Source of the DNA: Camelus ferus
Lineage: Eukaryota
Reading direction: 5' to 3'
NCBI RefSeq assembly: GCF_009834535.1
Contig: NC_045696.1
Span: 68,200,001 to 68,264,000, forward strand
Length of the DNA stretch: 64,000 bases
Part shown: piece by piece, positions 1-11,264 of the stretch
Position numbering within the stretch: the stretch's first letter is position 1
Layout of the letters: the number at the start of each line of letters is the position of its first letter
Made by a program: the position numbers and the translations under genes
Notes under the pieces: model-generated
What the model saw: only the letters and a program-made list of their open reading frames with translations
Told to the model about the DNA's origin: nothing
The model's database searches: none

Positions 1-329
1 GAAGCCTGCTAATTTATGAACAAAGCAGGTATTTACAGACCCCTTCAACCTCAGGTGAGTACTTTTCCATCCAGGTGGCATAAGAAGTCACAAACACAGA
101 GCTCTGATGGGCCCCTGAACATGAGCTTGTGCTTGACCATCTGGAAGGATAAGGCGGTCTAGACCTGACTGGAAATGACTCAATGCCAAAATCCTGAGAC
201 CAGCCACCTGCTATGGAGTGTTGAAATTCAATTCCTACATCCTTATATAATAGAGTTACTGATAATAATGCCATTCACTTTTGTATATAGTGCCCTTTAC
301 AACATTCTTTTACATCTATTATCACGAAC

Positions 330-620
330 AGTATTTTTTCTGTATGATTCCATTTATACAAAGTTCAAAGATAAATTCAAGTAAACTATATTGTTCAGAG
401 ATGCATGCTTAGGTGGTAAAACTATACAGCAAATTAAGAGAATGATCATAGTAATGTTAAGAGAGCGGTGACTCTGGAGGGCAGAGAGCAGGTGTGACTG
501 GGAAGGGGCCCGTGCCAGTTTTCTGGGGTGCTGGCCATGCTCTATTTTTTCACTTGGGTGGCATTTACACAGGGATTCACTTTGCTGTATAACAAATTCA
601 TGCTACAGAACATGTGACTG
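330..620 (+). mobile_element. Old LINE-1 3' end (L1ME-like)
   Basis: tgtatgattccatttatacaaagttcaaa ... aaactatattgttcagagatgcatgcttaggtggtaaaactata ... ttctggggtgctggccatgctctatttt resembles the L1ME 3' UTR consensus. Confidence 0.75.
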
Positions 621-704
621 TCTTGGTGGTCTTTTGGATACATTGATCTTTCATATCCATTAATTAAAAATATTAATCTCTCTACAGTCCCAGTCTGAGA
701 GTCC

Positions 705-800
705 CATTGCAGGAGTAAGAGACTTGTTCAAGGTCACCAGCTAATGTCAGAGTTAGAATTTGATCCCAGGTGTTCTGACTCTACATCTAATGCTCTTGGG
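705..800 (-). mobile_element. MIR SINE fragment
   Basis: acttgttcaaggtcaccagcta...agaatttgatcccagg...tctgactc is the reverse complement of the MIR 5' half. Confidence 0.75.
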
Positions 801-1119
801 TGATGAAACTAGTATTCCTTTCCCAGCTTAAAAAATTCCACAAATCTTTTTATTTCAAATGTGACTGAGTTGGGTACCATGGCAAGTGATGGTATTCTCC
901 ACTGGTTTTCAAACTTGCTTTAAAGGATAGAGAATACTTGGCTCTATACTAGTAAGAGATGCCAAAGAAAGGTTCACTTAGTATCGAGAGTTAATCCAGT
1001 AGGAAAGATGTGCCTGATTTCCTAGTCATCACAGCATTTTGAACAATTAGAATCTTTTACACATAAGATTCAATCTCATTATAATATTTTTGTACACTAA
1101 ATATATTATGTGTTTACTA

Positions 1120-1755
1120 TAAACATTTAGAAAAATTCAAGAGAGGTAAAGAAGGAAATAAAAATGACCCACAATCCCAACCTTCAGAGATAAGCATTTT
1201 TGATGTATTTAATCTGTGTTTGTTTAAAAAGTGTTCGCAAAATTGATATACTAAAAATACTGTTTTGAACCTTTTTTATCTTAACAGTATATTACAAACA
1301 TTTTTAATAATTCTTCTATAACACGTTTTTAAGGCCTGCACAATATAACATTGTATAAATGAGTACATCATGTTTTTTAAAAAGCCAATTTCCTTTTGTT
1401 GGCGATTTATTTTTTTCCAATTACTTCTATTGCAAAGAACATCACAATAAGCATCTTTGTAAGTGAATCTTTGCACACACCCATTATTATTTCCTTAGAG
1501 TAAATTTCTAGAAGTGAAAACACTGGGTCTGGGTCAAATGATATACACACTTTAAAGGCTTTTGATATATTTGCCAAATTGCCTTTCAGAAAGATTGTCT
1601 CAAGTTATGCTCCCACAAGGAGTATATATAAAAGTGTTTCCCCAGCCATGCCAACACTAGATATTCTGATTTGAAATGTAAAAAAAAAAAAAAAAAAAAA
1701 AAAATTGTGTCTACTAGTAAAGTTCCGTTTTCTCATGTGTTTTCTAGCCCTCATG
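1120..1755 (-). mobile_element. Old LINE-1 fragment (L1ME/L1MC-like), with an internal A25 run at 1680-1704
   Basis: acccacaatcccaaccttcagagataagc; atttccttagagtaaatttctagaagtgaaa; tgccaaattgcctttcagaaag are typical antisense L1M 3' UTR/ORF2-end motifs. Confidence 0.75.
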
Positions 1756-2914
1756 TTGATTTGACTCTTTTAGTCCTTCAAGAAAAATTACATGTTCTCT
1801 CTCCGATCGGAGTCTTGATGGTCAAACATGAATTACAGGACAGAGATACCTTGCCTGTATATACAGATTTAAGATTTTCCACTTAAAACATGATGGGAAT
1901 CCATTTTTAAGAAAAAGGAGAGTGGATTTTTGTGTGTGTTAACACTAGAGTTCTCAACTGCATCACTTATTTACCTAGCTCATGCCCCATTAGGCGTTCT
2001 AAGCACATTCACGTATTGTTAAAATACCTAATGATCATTCATAGAAATGGGAAGTCAAACAAGCCCAGTGGATCAATTTGCCAAATTCAACAAACTCCTT
2101 GGCAATGTGCTTACAAGACCCTACGGGGGACAGCAGTCATGAATAGGTTAGACAGCCCATTAGCTTATGAAAAGAGCTGTCGATGCAATTATAATCTATT
2201 TGCCTGTGTTTCACTGACGTTTTTTCTGAGCTTATGGGCCATCGAAAGCTATTTCCCACATTCCTACTTAGGCACTCAGCAGAACGATGAGCAGGTTAAA
2301 TCCCAATGAAACAAATATTGCTGTGATGCAAGTTTTTCTATAACTGAAAGAATGTTAGGCCCCAGTTGGAATCCCATGTATTTGAAATATTTTTTTGTAT
2401 CATAAAATCCTAACACAACAAAATAATTGGGACAGTGCTTTGACTTACGTTCTATTGGGATTTGACTTATTAGAGACAGCTTGATTAACAAGGCTTCTGG
2501 AAAGAAATCTCCTTTGATTAAAACAGCCTGGGGGAGAACAGTTTGGGAGAAGTATGGACTTGTTCTTTGTTATTCGCGAACTCTAGAGGGTAGAGCTAAG
2601 GTCAATGGGTGGAAGTAACAGAGTCTGATTATTTATACATTATCTTAAGGAGTAAATTTCCAACAACCAGAGTTGTGCCAAGAGGGGCTGCCTTGTGCAG
2701 TAGGAAATGCCCTTTTTCCTGTAAGGGTCCTAGCTCCTGCTGGAGGAATAGGTGGGAATGCTGAAAAGGAGCTTCCTTTATTGTGGGGCCTCAAGCCTGT
2801 GCTTTCGGAGGGGGTCACATGGACATTGTTGGGATGGGTTGCTCTACAACAAGAAGAAATGTGAGAAATTCCAAGCTCATGGTCTTCAGATGGCTTATTC
2901 TTTTTTTTTAATAG

Positions 2915-2941
2915 CATGCTAGTCAAATACAGATGGCAAAG
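2915..2941 (+). other. Candidate 27-nt micro-exon (unverified)
   Basis: ttattctttttttttaatag|CATGCTAGTCAAATACAGATGGCAAAG|gtgagt; frame-preserving length; phase 0 reads HASQIQMAK. Confidence 0.25.
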
Positions 2942-3039
2942 GTGAGTGCCATCATTAGCTGAGCGAGGCCAAGGGTTAGATTATTCTCCCCAAATCTCAA
3001 AAACATCTATTTCTCTCCTAAGGAAGCTTCAATGAGAGC

Positions 3040-3325
3040 TGAATGGTTCTCCAAGGCAGCGTCCTTTTGATCAGTGACTTAAGGGTCTGATCTGCTTTAC
3101 TTTTGCACCACCCTATCTCAGTATATGACTTCTAGGGTCTCATGGCAAGCGAAGAGAAAGCATGGTAGGCTTACATACACTTTTCTACCCTACTTATGTC
3201 ACCTTTGGTCCATTGGTCAAAACTAGTCACATGGTCCATTCTAGTTGCAAAAGAGAGTGAGAAATACAGTCTTCCGTGTCCCTAGCAAGAGACAAATGAA
3301 ATGGGTCTTGTGGAACCTATACATT
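3040..3325 (-). mobile_element. MaLR solo LTR fragment (MLT1K/L-like)
   Basis: ccattggtcaaaactagtcacatggtcc...ctagttgcaa...gaaatacagtctt...aaatgggtcttgtggaac is a characteristic MLT1J/K/L segment. Confidence 0.65.
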
Positions 3326-3697
3326 ATTATTATTTTTTTTTTTTACCAGGGTGCTCCTGAGTTTTCTTTACTATTATATTCTACCTTGAAGAAAAATTTG
3401 TGAACTTTATCCTATCATAGAGCAAACTCTAGCATGACTTATGCTTTACCACATAGACAATTGATTTCATATAGTTTTAGCAGTTGGTTTACTTTCTCCA
3501 CAGTTGCAAAAAGTACGTCTTGTCTGAGAAGCTGGCGGTATGTTTTATCCATGTGCATTCTTACCTTCTCTCCTGATGCTTTATTTATTTGGAGTAGGAT
3601 TATCAAGAGCCTCTAACATAGTTCTAATATTTTTCTGACTTTCAGCTCTGGATTCCGTAGTGCTGGGCCTCCTGGACACTCTGTTGAGGAAGAGGAG

Positions 3698-4087
3698 TGT
3701 GTTAGTTTGCTAGGGCCATCAAAACAAAGTGCCGCAATCCGGGCGGCTTGAACAGTAGTCATCTGTTGTCTCACAATTTTGGAGGCTAGAGAGCTGAGAT
3801 CAAGGTGTTCTTTCTGAGGGCTGGGAGGGGGAATCTGCTCCATTCCCCTTTCCTAGCCTCTGGTGATTTGCTGGCAGCTCTCGGTGTTCCTTGGCTTGAA
3901 GAAGCATCTTCTTGATTTCCGCCTCCATTGTCACATGGCGTTCTGCCTGTGTGTGTCTCTCAGTGTCCAAATGTCTCCTTTTTATAGGGACACCAATCAC
4001 TTTGGATTAGGGACCACTCAAATGATCTCATTTAAACTTGACGACCTCTGTAAATACCTTGTCTCCAAATAAGGTCATATTCTGAGG
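3698..4087 (-). mobile_element. MaLR solo LTR (MLT1B/C-like)
   Basis: Begins tgtgttagtttgctagggcc; contains tctcacaattttggaggctag, tttttatagggacaccaatca, tccaaataaggtcatattctgagg. Confidence 0.85.
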
Positions 4088-4200
4088 AAAGAGACCTGAG
4101 TTTAGACCTACTTTCCTTTTCTGAGCCTCTGTGCTTTAATGTGTAACGGAGGAGGTTGTGCTGGTGAACTTTGAAGTTCTAGCCTGCTCTGAGCCTCTGT
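4088..4200 (+). mobile_element. MIR/MIR3 fragment
   Basis: agacctgagtttagacc...ttctgagcctctgtgctttaatgtgtaa...ttctagcctgctctga. Confidence 0.5.
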
Positions 4201-4559
4201 TACATAGTTGGTGCCACTACAAGCTAGACAGGCATTATGATAGAAGAACTCATGACTAGAAGGATCTATGTGACTTTCTGGGTCCCTAATTCCCTATTGT
4301 AGCACAGCTTAGGTGAGGGGAAAAGACATCACCAACTGTGGCTTCTTATGTGTTTAGGGTCTCACCCTGGCAGGCAGGCTTGAATGCAGTCTCTCTCTCT
4401 CTCTGTTGTTCTCATATGCATACAGTTATATGCACACGGCTTTGTTTTTGAATAGGAAATGGAGATATTTCTAATAGAGTTTTTATCCCCCCCCCCCTTT
4501 TTTTCCTGGAAAAGATGAAATCATCTATTTATTCTGGACCAATTATAAGCACTAGAAAG

Positions 4560-4760
4560 CACAGGAGGAACAGCAAGCTTGATCACAGATACACACACAC
4601 TGGGGGGCGGGGCGGTGGCGCAGAGGAACCTGTTATTGATTGGCCTTGTAAAACCTGCTGCTGAATCAATAGCAATTTCTGGAAATGCCAGACATTTATT
4701 TTGTGCGGCTTGAACAGGAGGAGATAATAATAAACGTACTTACAAAGCAGGTCTCTTGAC
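4560..4760. promoter_or_regulatory. Candidate enhancer: inverted ONECUT/CUT-type motif pair plus GC box
   Basis: TATTGATT (4634-4641) and AATCAATA (4664-4671); ggggcggggc at ~4605; repeat-free. Motif evidence only. Confidence 0.35.
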
Positions 4761-5304
4761 TATATTTCCTTGAGCCCCTTATAAGAAACACACACATAAT
4801 GGGTGTGTTAGCTCTACAAGCCATAGTGAAGAGGCTTCAGATTTAAACCCCAGGCTGAGCTGCCCACCCCCTGCCTCGTCTCTGTGCTGAACATAGCATT
4901 TGAATAAGTGTCTATTAAGGAAACACAGATGATTCATCCTCATGAAAAGATGGGAGAGGTGTCCTCATCAGCTGTGGAAAGGCAAGCCTGGGCTTGTTCT
5001 GATGTTTAGGGGAGAAAAATGAGATGCTGAAACTGCTGGACCCTGCCCTGCCATTCTGAATTTCTAGACCTGCTCTGTCACCCGTGCTTCATGCAGCCCC
5101 TCTCGAAGCTCTGTTCATTGTTTCTTTCTAACAATGAACAACACACCTCATGAGGATGCTGTCTCATCCCTACCCTTCATCCTCAGCTAGTTCCTTCTCC
5201 CTATTGCTTGTACAACGGCATTTGATAACCTTGCCAAGGCCAGTAGGCCTGAGAAAAGACTCGGGGGGTTACAGGAATAGGACAGTTGCTCAGTGTGCTT
5301 CAGC

Positions 5305-5530
5305 ATAATAAAAATAGCTACTGTTTATTGAGTAGTTAATATGTGCTATGTATTTTGCACTCATGACCTCATTTATTTCTCAGAACAACACTCTGAGTTA
5401 TTATTATTCTTTAAACAATTTGGGGTTTATTTTTGGCAAGAAACTGAAGCTCATCAAGGTTGAATAAGTTACCCAAGATCATGAAGTTGTTACAAAACTG
5501 AGTTAGATTTGAACTCAGATCTGATTCTAA
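5305..5530 (-). mobile_element. MIR SINE, near full length
   Basis: atagctactgtttattgag...ctcatttatttctcagaacaac...gaaactgaagctc...ttacccaagatcatg...gatttgaactcagatctgattc. Confidence 0.85.
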
Positions 5531-6218
5531 ATTCGAGATGTTTTCCATTCTCCTTTTGCCTACTAGGTGTGTAACTGGGATTGTAGGAGGTGAAGTTATA
5601 ACATGAAGAAGGCCTTGGACGTCTAGTGAAGGCATTTCAACATTGTTCCTATGCAATAGTCTTCTTTAAATGTTTGAGAGAATGACAATAGCAAGGTGAG
5701 GCAGTGAGAAAGCATAGAGTGTCCAAGGAATCGCAGAGATGTATCCAATTGATTGAGAGTCCAATTTACTGTGACTCATGGAGCTGGAAGGGAAGAGTAA
5801 GAGATGGAAGACATGGGTTAGAGTTAGATAGAGAAGACTTTAAACACCAGGCAGATGCAGCAACTCTAAATACAAAAATTTGACCACTTGGGTGAAACAA
5901 ACCAATTCTTCAAAAACTACCACAATTTATCCAATATAACATATAAATTTGAATAGTCCTATAATTATTACAGAAATTGCATTCATAATTTTAAAAACTT
6001 TCAAAAACAAAATCTCTAGTCCCAGATGGTTTCACTAAAGAATTATTTCAAACATTTAAAGAAGAGTTAACACCAATTTTACACATCCACTAAAAAATAA
6101 AGGGGAGGAAATAATCCTCAATTCATTTTATAAAGATAATATCACCCTGATATTAAAACTACGGAGTACAAATAAACTACAGAATAACATTCCCTGTGAA
6201 TATAGAAGCAAAATCTTT

Positions 6219-6366
6219 TATGTTTCTAGAGATGGAAGAAAAAGATCAGGAAATAAGGAAATAAGACTAAAAAAAAGAAGAAAAAAAAAGTCCTACTGCA
6301 GGGACACATACCCTGGAAAATGAGGCATAAGCAAAACACTGTGGAAGTTTTGAACTTTGTGAGATG
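6219..6366 (-). mobile_element. 148-bp non-L1 insert bounded by a perfect 16-bp TSD (tailless retroposed fragment)
   Basis: TAGAAGCAAAATCTTT at 6203-6218 and 6367-6382; removing the insert and one copy restores L1 ORF2 continuity. Confidence 0.7.
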
Positions 6367-6897
6367 TAGAAGCAAAATCTTTAAAACAACAACAACAGAA
6401 TAGAACAAAATAGAAAAAAAATATAAACTAGAATTTCTCAGTTATGGAAAGAATTATGAACCATGACCAAGTAGGGTTCAGAGATGCAAGGCTGGTTCAA
6501 TATTAAATAAGCAATTAATGTTAACCCACCATATTCATTATCTAAAGAAGGCAAATCAAATGACCATAACAATCAATGAAGAGAATACATTTGATCATAT
6601 TTAACACTCATTCATGATTAAAAACTCTCAGAAATCTAGGATTAGAGGAAAATGTCCTCAACTTGATAAGGAATATCTATAAAAACCCAACAGCTACTAT
6701 TATTAATGGTAAAAGACTGACTACTTTCCCCCTTAGAACAGGAATGAGGCAAGGGTGTTCACTCTCACCTCTCATTCATAATGCTGGAAGTTCTATCCAA
6801 TGCAATAAGTGAAAGAAAGGAAATAAAAGGAATAAAGATCAGCAAGAAAAAAATAAAATTGCCCCTATTTGTAGATGATATAATTATCTACATAGAA

Positions 6898-7054
6898 NNN
6901 NNNNNNNNNNNNNNNNNNNNNNNNNNNNNNNNNNNNNNNNNNNNNNNNNNNNNNNNNNNNNNNNNNNNNNNNNNNNNNNNNNNNNNNNNNNNNNNNNNNN
7001 NNNNNNNNNNNNNNNNNNNNNNNNNNNNNNNNNNNNNNNNNNNNNNNNNNNNNN
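6898..7054. other. Assembly gap (157 N)
   Basis: Run of N inside the L1. Confidence 1.
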
Positions 7055-7219
7055 GATACAATACCACTTTACCGTTGTTCAGAAAATGAAATACTTCGAT
7101 GTAAATGTAACAAAATATGTCAGGACTTGTACACCAAAACTATAAACTGTTGAAGAAAGGAATGAAAGGAAATTTAAACAAATAGAGAGACAGTCATTAA
7201 TTGGAAGACCCAACATAGT

Positions 7220-7725
7220 TGTATTAGCTTCCTATTTCTGCTGTAACAACTTAAGGACAAACTTAGTGGCTTAAAATGATGTAAATTTATTTTCTTAAAC
7301 AGCTATGGATTTCTGAAGTCTGATATTGGGTCTTATGGGGCTAAAATCAAAGTGGTTAGAGCTGATTCCTTCTGGAGGCCCTGAGGGGAGAATCTACTTT
7401 CTTGCCTTTCCAGCTTCTAGAAACTGCATTCCTTGGTGTATGACTTCTCCCTCTATCTTCAAAGCATAGTACCTTCTAATCTCTTTCTCGCCTCTGCTTG
7501 CATTGTTATATTTCTCTTCCTCTGACTCTAACCCTTCTACCTCCCTTGTACCAAGACCTTGTGATTATACTGACCCTGCCTAGAGACTCCGCAATAATCT
7601 TCCCATCTCCAGGTCCTTAACTTATCACATCAGCAAAATCTCTTTTCTCATAAAAAGGTACATATTCATAGCTTCCAAGGGTTAGGAAGCAGAATCTATG
7701 AGGGGCCATTATTCTGTCTACCACA
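7220..7725 (-). mobile_element. MaLR solo LTR (MLT1D-like) nested in L1 ORF2
   Basis: TG...CA termini (tgtattagcttcct ... ttctgtctaccaca); 5-bp TSD ATAGT/CTAGT (4/5); L1 resumes in register. Confidence 0.9.
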
Positions 7726-10232
7726 CTAGTAGAGATATTAATTTACCTCAAACTGATATATAGATTTATCAGAGTTCCTCTCAAAAATCACAGCATGACT
7801 TTTGGTAGGTATTGATGAAATTATTCTGAAATTTATATGGAAAGGCAAAGGAACTCAAATAGCTAAAACAATTTTATAAAAGAATGAAGTGGAAGAAATG
7901 TGTTCACTTGATTTCAAGACATACAGTACAGCTACAGTAAGCAAGACTGGTATTTACAGAGAGACAGACACACAGATCAACAGAACAGAACAGAGAGCCC
8001 AGAAATAGACTCACACAAATATAGTCAACTGATCTTTGACAAAGGGGCAAAAGCAGTTCAATGATGGAAAGAGGCTTTTCCACAAATGGTGCTGGAGTAA
8101 TTGGACATTCGGAGGCAAAAACAAACACGGAAACTAACAAAGGAACAAATCTCAACCTAAGTCTCATACCTTATATGAAAATTAGCTCAAATAGATCATG
8201 GGCTTAAATGCAAAATATGAGGCTATAAAACTTTGAGGAAGAAAAAAAAAACATAGGAGTAAATCTTCAGGAAGTAGGCAGAGAATTCTTTGACTTAATA
8301 TCAAAAGCATAAGCCATAAAAGAAAAATTGATAAATAAGACTTCATCGTAATTGAAATTTTTTTCTCTGCAAAAAGCCCTGTTAATAGGGTTAAAAGACA
8401 AGCTACCTACTGGGAAGAAAATATTTGCAAATCAGATATCTGTTGAAGAACTAATACCTAGAATGTATATAGACTTTTCAAAACTCAACAGTTAAAAAAC
8501 AACCTAATTTGAAATCAACAAAAGACATGAAGAGACATTTCCTCAAAGAATATGTACAGGTGGCAAATGAACACACAGATAATTCAACGTCATTGAAGAT
8601 AAGGGAAATGCAAATTAAAAACATATGAGATATCACTGTATACCTATCTGAGCACCTAAAATAACAAAAAATAGCAACAACACACACTGTGAGCAAGTAT
8701 GCAGAGAAACTTTTCTCCCTCATACATTGCTGGTGGGAATGTAAAATATTACCTCCCTGGAGAAAAGTTTGGCTGTGTCTTAAAAAAACAAGTAAGCATG
8801 GAACATCATACATCTCAACAATCACACTCCTGAACATGTACCTCAGAGAGATGAAAATTTATGCTCACACAAAATCCTGTATCTGAGTGTTTACAGCAAA
8901 CATTCATAACTGCTGTAAATTGGAAACATCTCAAATATCTTTCGTTGAGAGAATAAACTATGGTACATTCATACATGGAATACTACTCAGTAGTGAAAAG
9001 GAACTAACTCGATGCACACACAACGTGGTTGAATTCCCTGATAGGAAGGAGCGAATTCCAAAAGTTTACATATGGTGTCTCTCCACTCCTAATTGACAAG
9101 ATTTTCGAAATGGAGAACAGGATGGAGGTTAGCAGGGATCAAGGTGGGGGTGGGAATGAGAAGGAATTGGGTTTGTCTATAAATGGACAACATGAGAGAT
9201 CCTTGTGGTGATGAAAATATTCTCCATCTTGACTTATTGACATCAGTATATTGATTATGATATTGTACTATAGTTTTGCAAGATGTGATCATCGAGGGCA
9301 AAGGGCACACAGGCTCTCTCCGTATTATTTCTTACAACTACATGGGAATCTGTAAGTACCTAAACATAAAAAGTTTAATGAAAAAAAAAGTGGTTCAGAG
9401 GAGACCCAAACTAAGATGCTAGTGGTGGTGAGGGGGTTGTTTCGGTGGGGAGAGTATAGACTGGGGTTGTTCATATGTCTCTGGAGTGACAGCCTCTCTC
9501 ATTTGCTCACTTACTTGATAAGGAACGGTGAGAGACTTCTCCACCTAGTGTCCACTGTGGACGTGGAGTATTATCCTGTTCTAATCTATTTCAGTAGCTT
9601 CTGGAGGCAAATCAAAGAGACATGCATCAAAAGCTTTGAGGGGCCCAACTGGCCTCACATTGGTCCCTGTGTCCAAGTTTGGGGATGCCACACAGAGAAA
9701 TTATCTACAACTCTGTAAGCCACTGAGTAGGTCCCAGTGGAGGCAGTTCAGGCGTGAATTAAATATGAGCTTGCCTGTTAAGCCCATAGGATTAATAACA
9801 AGAAAGAACAAAAAGTGAGGGGAGGGAACGTTGGCTTCTAGAGTGATTGGGAGGCGCTTCTCTCCCCTCTCCTTCACACCCGTGTCCGTGCCCACACACA
9901 TACTCCACCCTCAAGGACGAGTCAGGGTCAAAAGCAAGGGTACTGTGGACTCCTGAGTTAGGGAGGGGGCTTCTGCAGAGCAGAGCTTGGGGGTTCTATC
10001 CCTGCTGCCCTGGGGCAGGGCTAGGGTGGAGGGTTGGGGGTGTGGAGGATTAGAGGGTTGTACTGCTCCCAGCCTGCAGCCTGAGCACAAGGAGGCTGAT
10101 GAATCCCAGCGGCCCAGCTCCACAGGGACTAACTGGGGTCTGGGGCCTGGGCCCAGGGGTCAGAAGTTGCTCCTCTACCTGACTTTGCTGCTGCGCAATG
10201 CCCTCATAAGAGGCCATGGCAGCTGGTTTGGA

Positions 10233-10401
10233 NNNNNNNNNNNNNNNNNNNNNNNNNNNNNNNNNNNNNNNNNNNNNNNNNNNNNNNNNNNNNNNNNNNN
10301 NNNNNNNNNNNNNNNNNNNNNNNNNNNNNNNNNNNNNNNNNNNNNNNNNNNNNNNNNNNNNNNNNNNNNNNNNNNNNNNNNNNNNNNNNNNNNNNNNNNN
10401 N
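10233..10401. other. Assembly gap (169 N)
   Basis: Run of N followed by a CT-rich tract. Confidence 1.
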
Positions 10402-10739
10402 CCCTTTCTCTTTCTTTCCTTAGGCCTCTCGCTTTTTCTTTCCCTCTCTGGTCCTTACCTAACTTTAATCCCCTTGACAGGCTTTTGTTATTCTTCTTAT
10501 TGTTTTATTCTGCATTTTACTCCTTCATTAAGTTTTATGTTAGTTTTGTCATTTTGGGTGGTTGGTTTGGTTTCGGTTTTGAGTAAATGACCGCAGATTC
10601 TCCAAGTCAATGCCAAGTCTTTCTAATGGCCCCCACGATGTATTCCGAGTCTCCACTCCCCACTTCTTCCCCCTCCCCCTTGACATTCCAGTCCAGCTGC
10701 CCCTGACCCCTTGCCAGTCCTCATGCCTGCCAGGGAGGT

Positions 10740-11121
10740 ACTGCCTCAAGGTGCCGGCCCCTGCTGTTCTTTCCACTGCCCCGTCTGCCCCAGCTCCATA
10801 TATCCCCGGGGTTTACTGGTTCACCTCCTCAGGTCTCGGTTTAAGCATCACATTTCAAGGAGATGATCATTGGACAATCTGTAAAATTGTTTCACAACCC
10901 CCCAACACTTCTCACACTCTACTTCCTTTATTTTTCAAAGCAGGTTTAACTCTCTAACATACTCCGTATTTTACTTTTGTCTCAGTCACTGTCTGAGTTC
11001 CTCAATTAGAGTGAAAGCTTTAGAAAGGCAGAGCTTTTGTCTGTTTTGGTCACTACTGAGTGGGCCAAGGACAGAGCAGGGCATAGAGTGGGCAGTCAAT
11101 AAAAATTTGATCAATGAATGA
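10740..11121 (+). mobile_element. LINE-2 3' end
   Basis: gtgaaagctttagaaaggcagagcttttgtctgttttggtcact...gcagtcaataaaaatttgatcaatgaatga matches the L2a tail. Confidence 0.8.
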
Positions 11122-11264
11122 CTGGTATGAGTCGGTAAATGAAACTCTTCCTAGTGCTAGGAAGATGTGTATATTTAATACATAATTTAAATTAAATACA
11201 TCAGTAATTAATGTAATGCTTTAAAATGTTTTAAATAAATATAGTTTATTTATTTATTTAAAGT

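Larger units (their letters stand above)
5860..9389 (+). mobile_element. 5'-truncated degenerate LINE-1 (ORF2 RT region to 3' UTR; L1MB8/L1MC-like), interrupted by two insertions and an N gap
   Basis: ORF2 motifs: ctagtcccagatggtttcactaaagaatt (PGPDGFT-like) and LFVDDIIIYIE (YADD-box equivalent, ORF 6781). The 3' UTR reads tgtactatagttttgcaagatgtg...ttcttacaactacatgggaatct...aaaaagtttaatgaaaaaaaaag. Many frameshifts and stops. Confidence 0.92.

Noticed and set aside
1680-1704. A25 as the tail of a retrocopy
   Set aside because: L1-like sequence continues on both sides, with no TSD; it is an expanded internal A-run.
1801-1812. Perfect 12-bp palindrome CTCCGATCGGAG
   Set aside because: About 16 such palindromes are expected by chance in 64 kb.
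9987-10590. 199-aa and 124-aa ORFs
   Set aside because: Length is inflated by the 169-N gap, and the rest is low-complexity CT/T-rich sequence.
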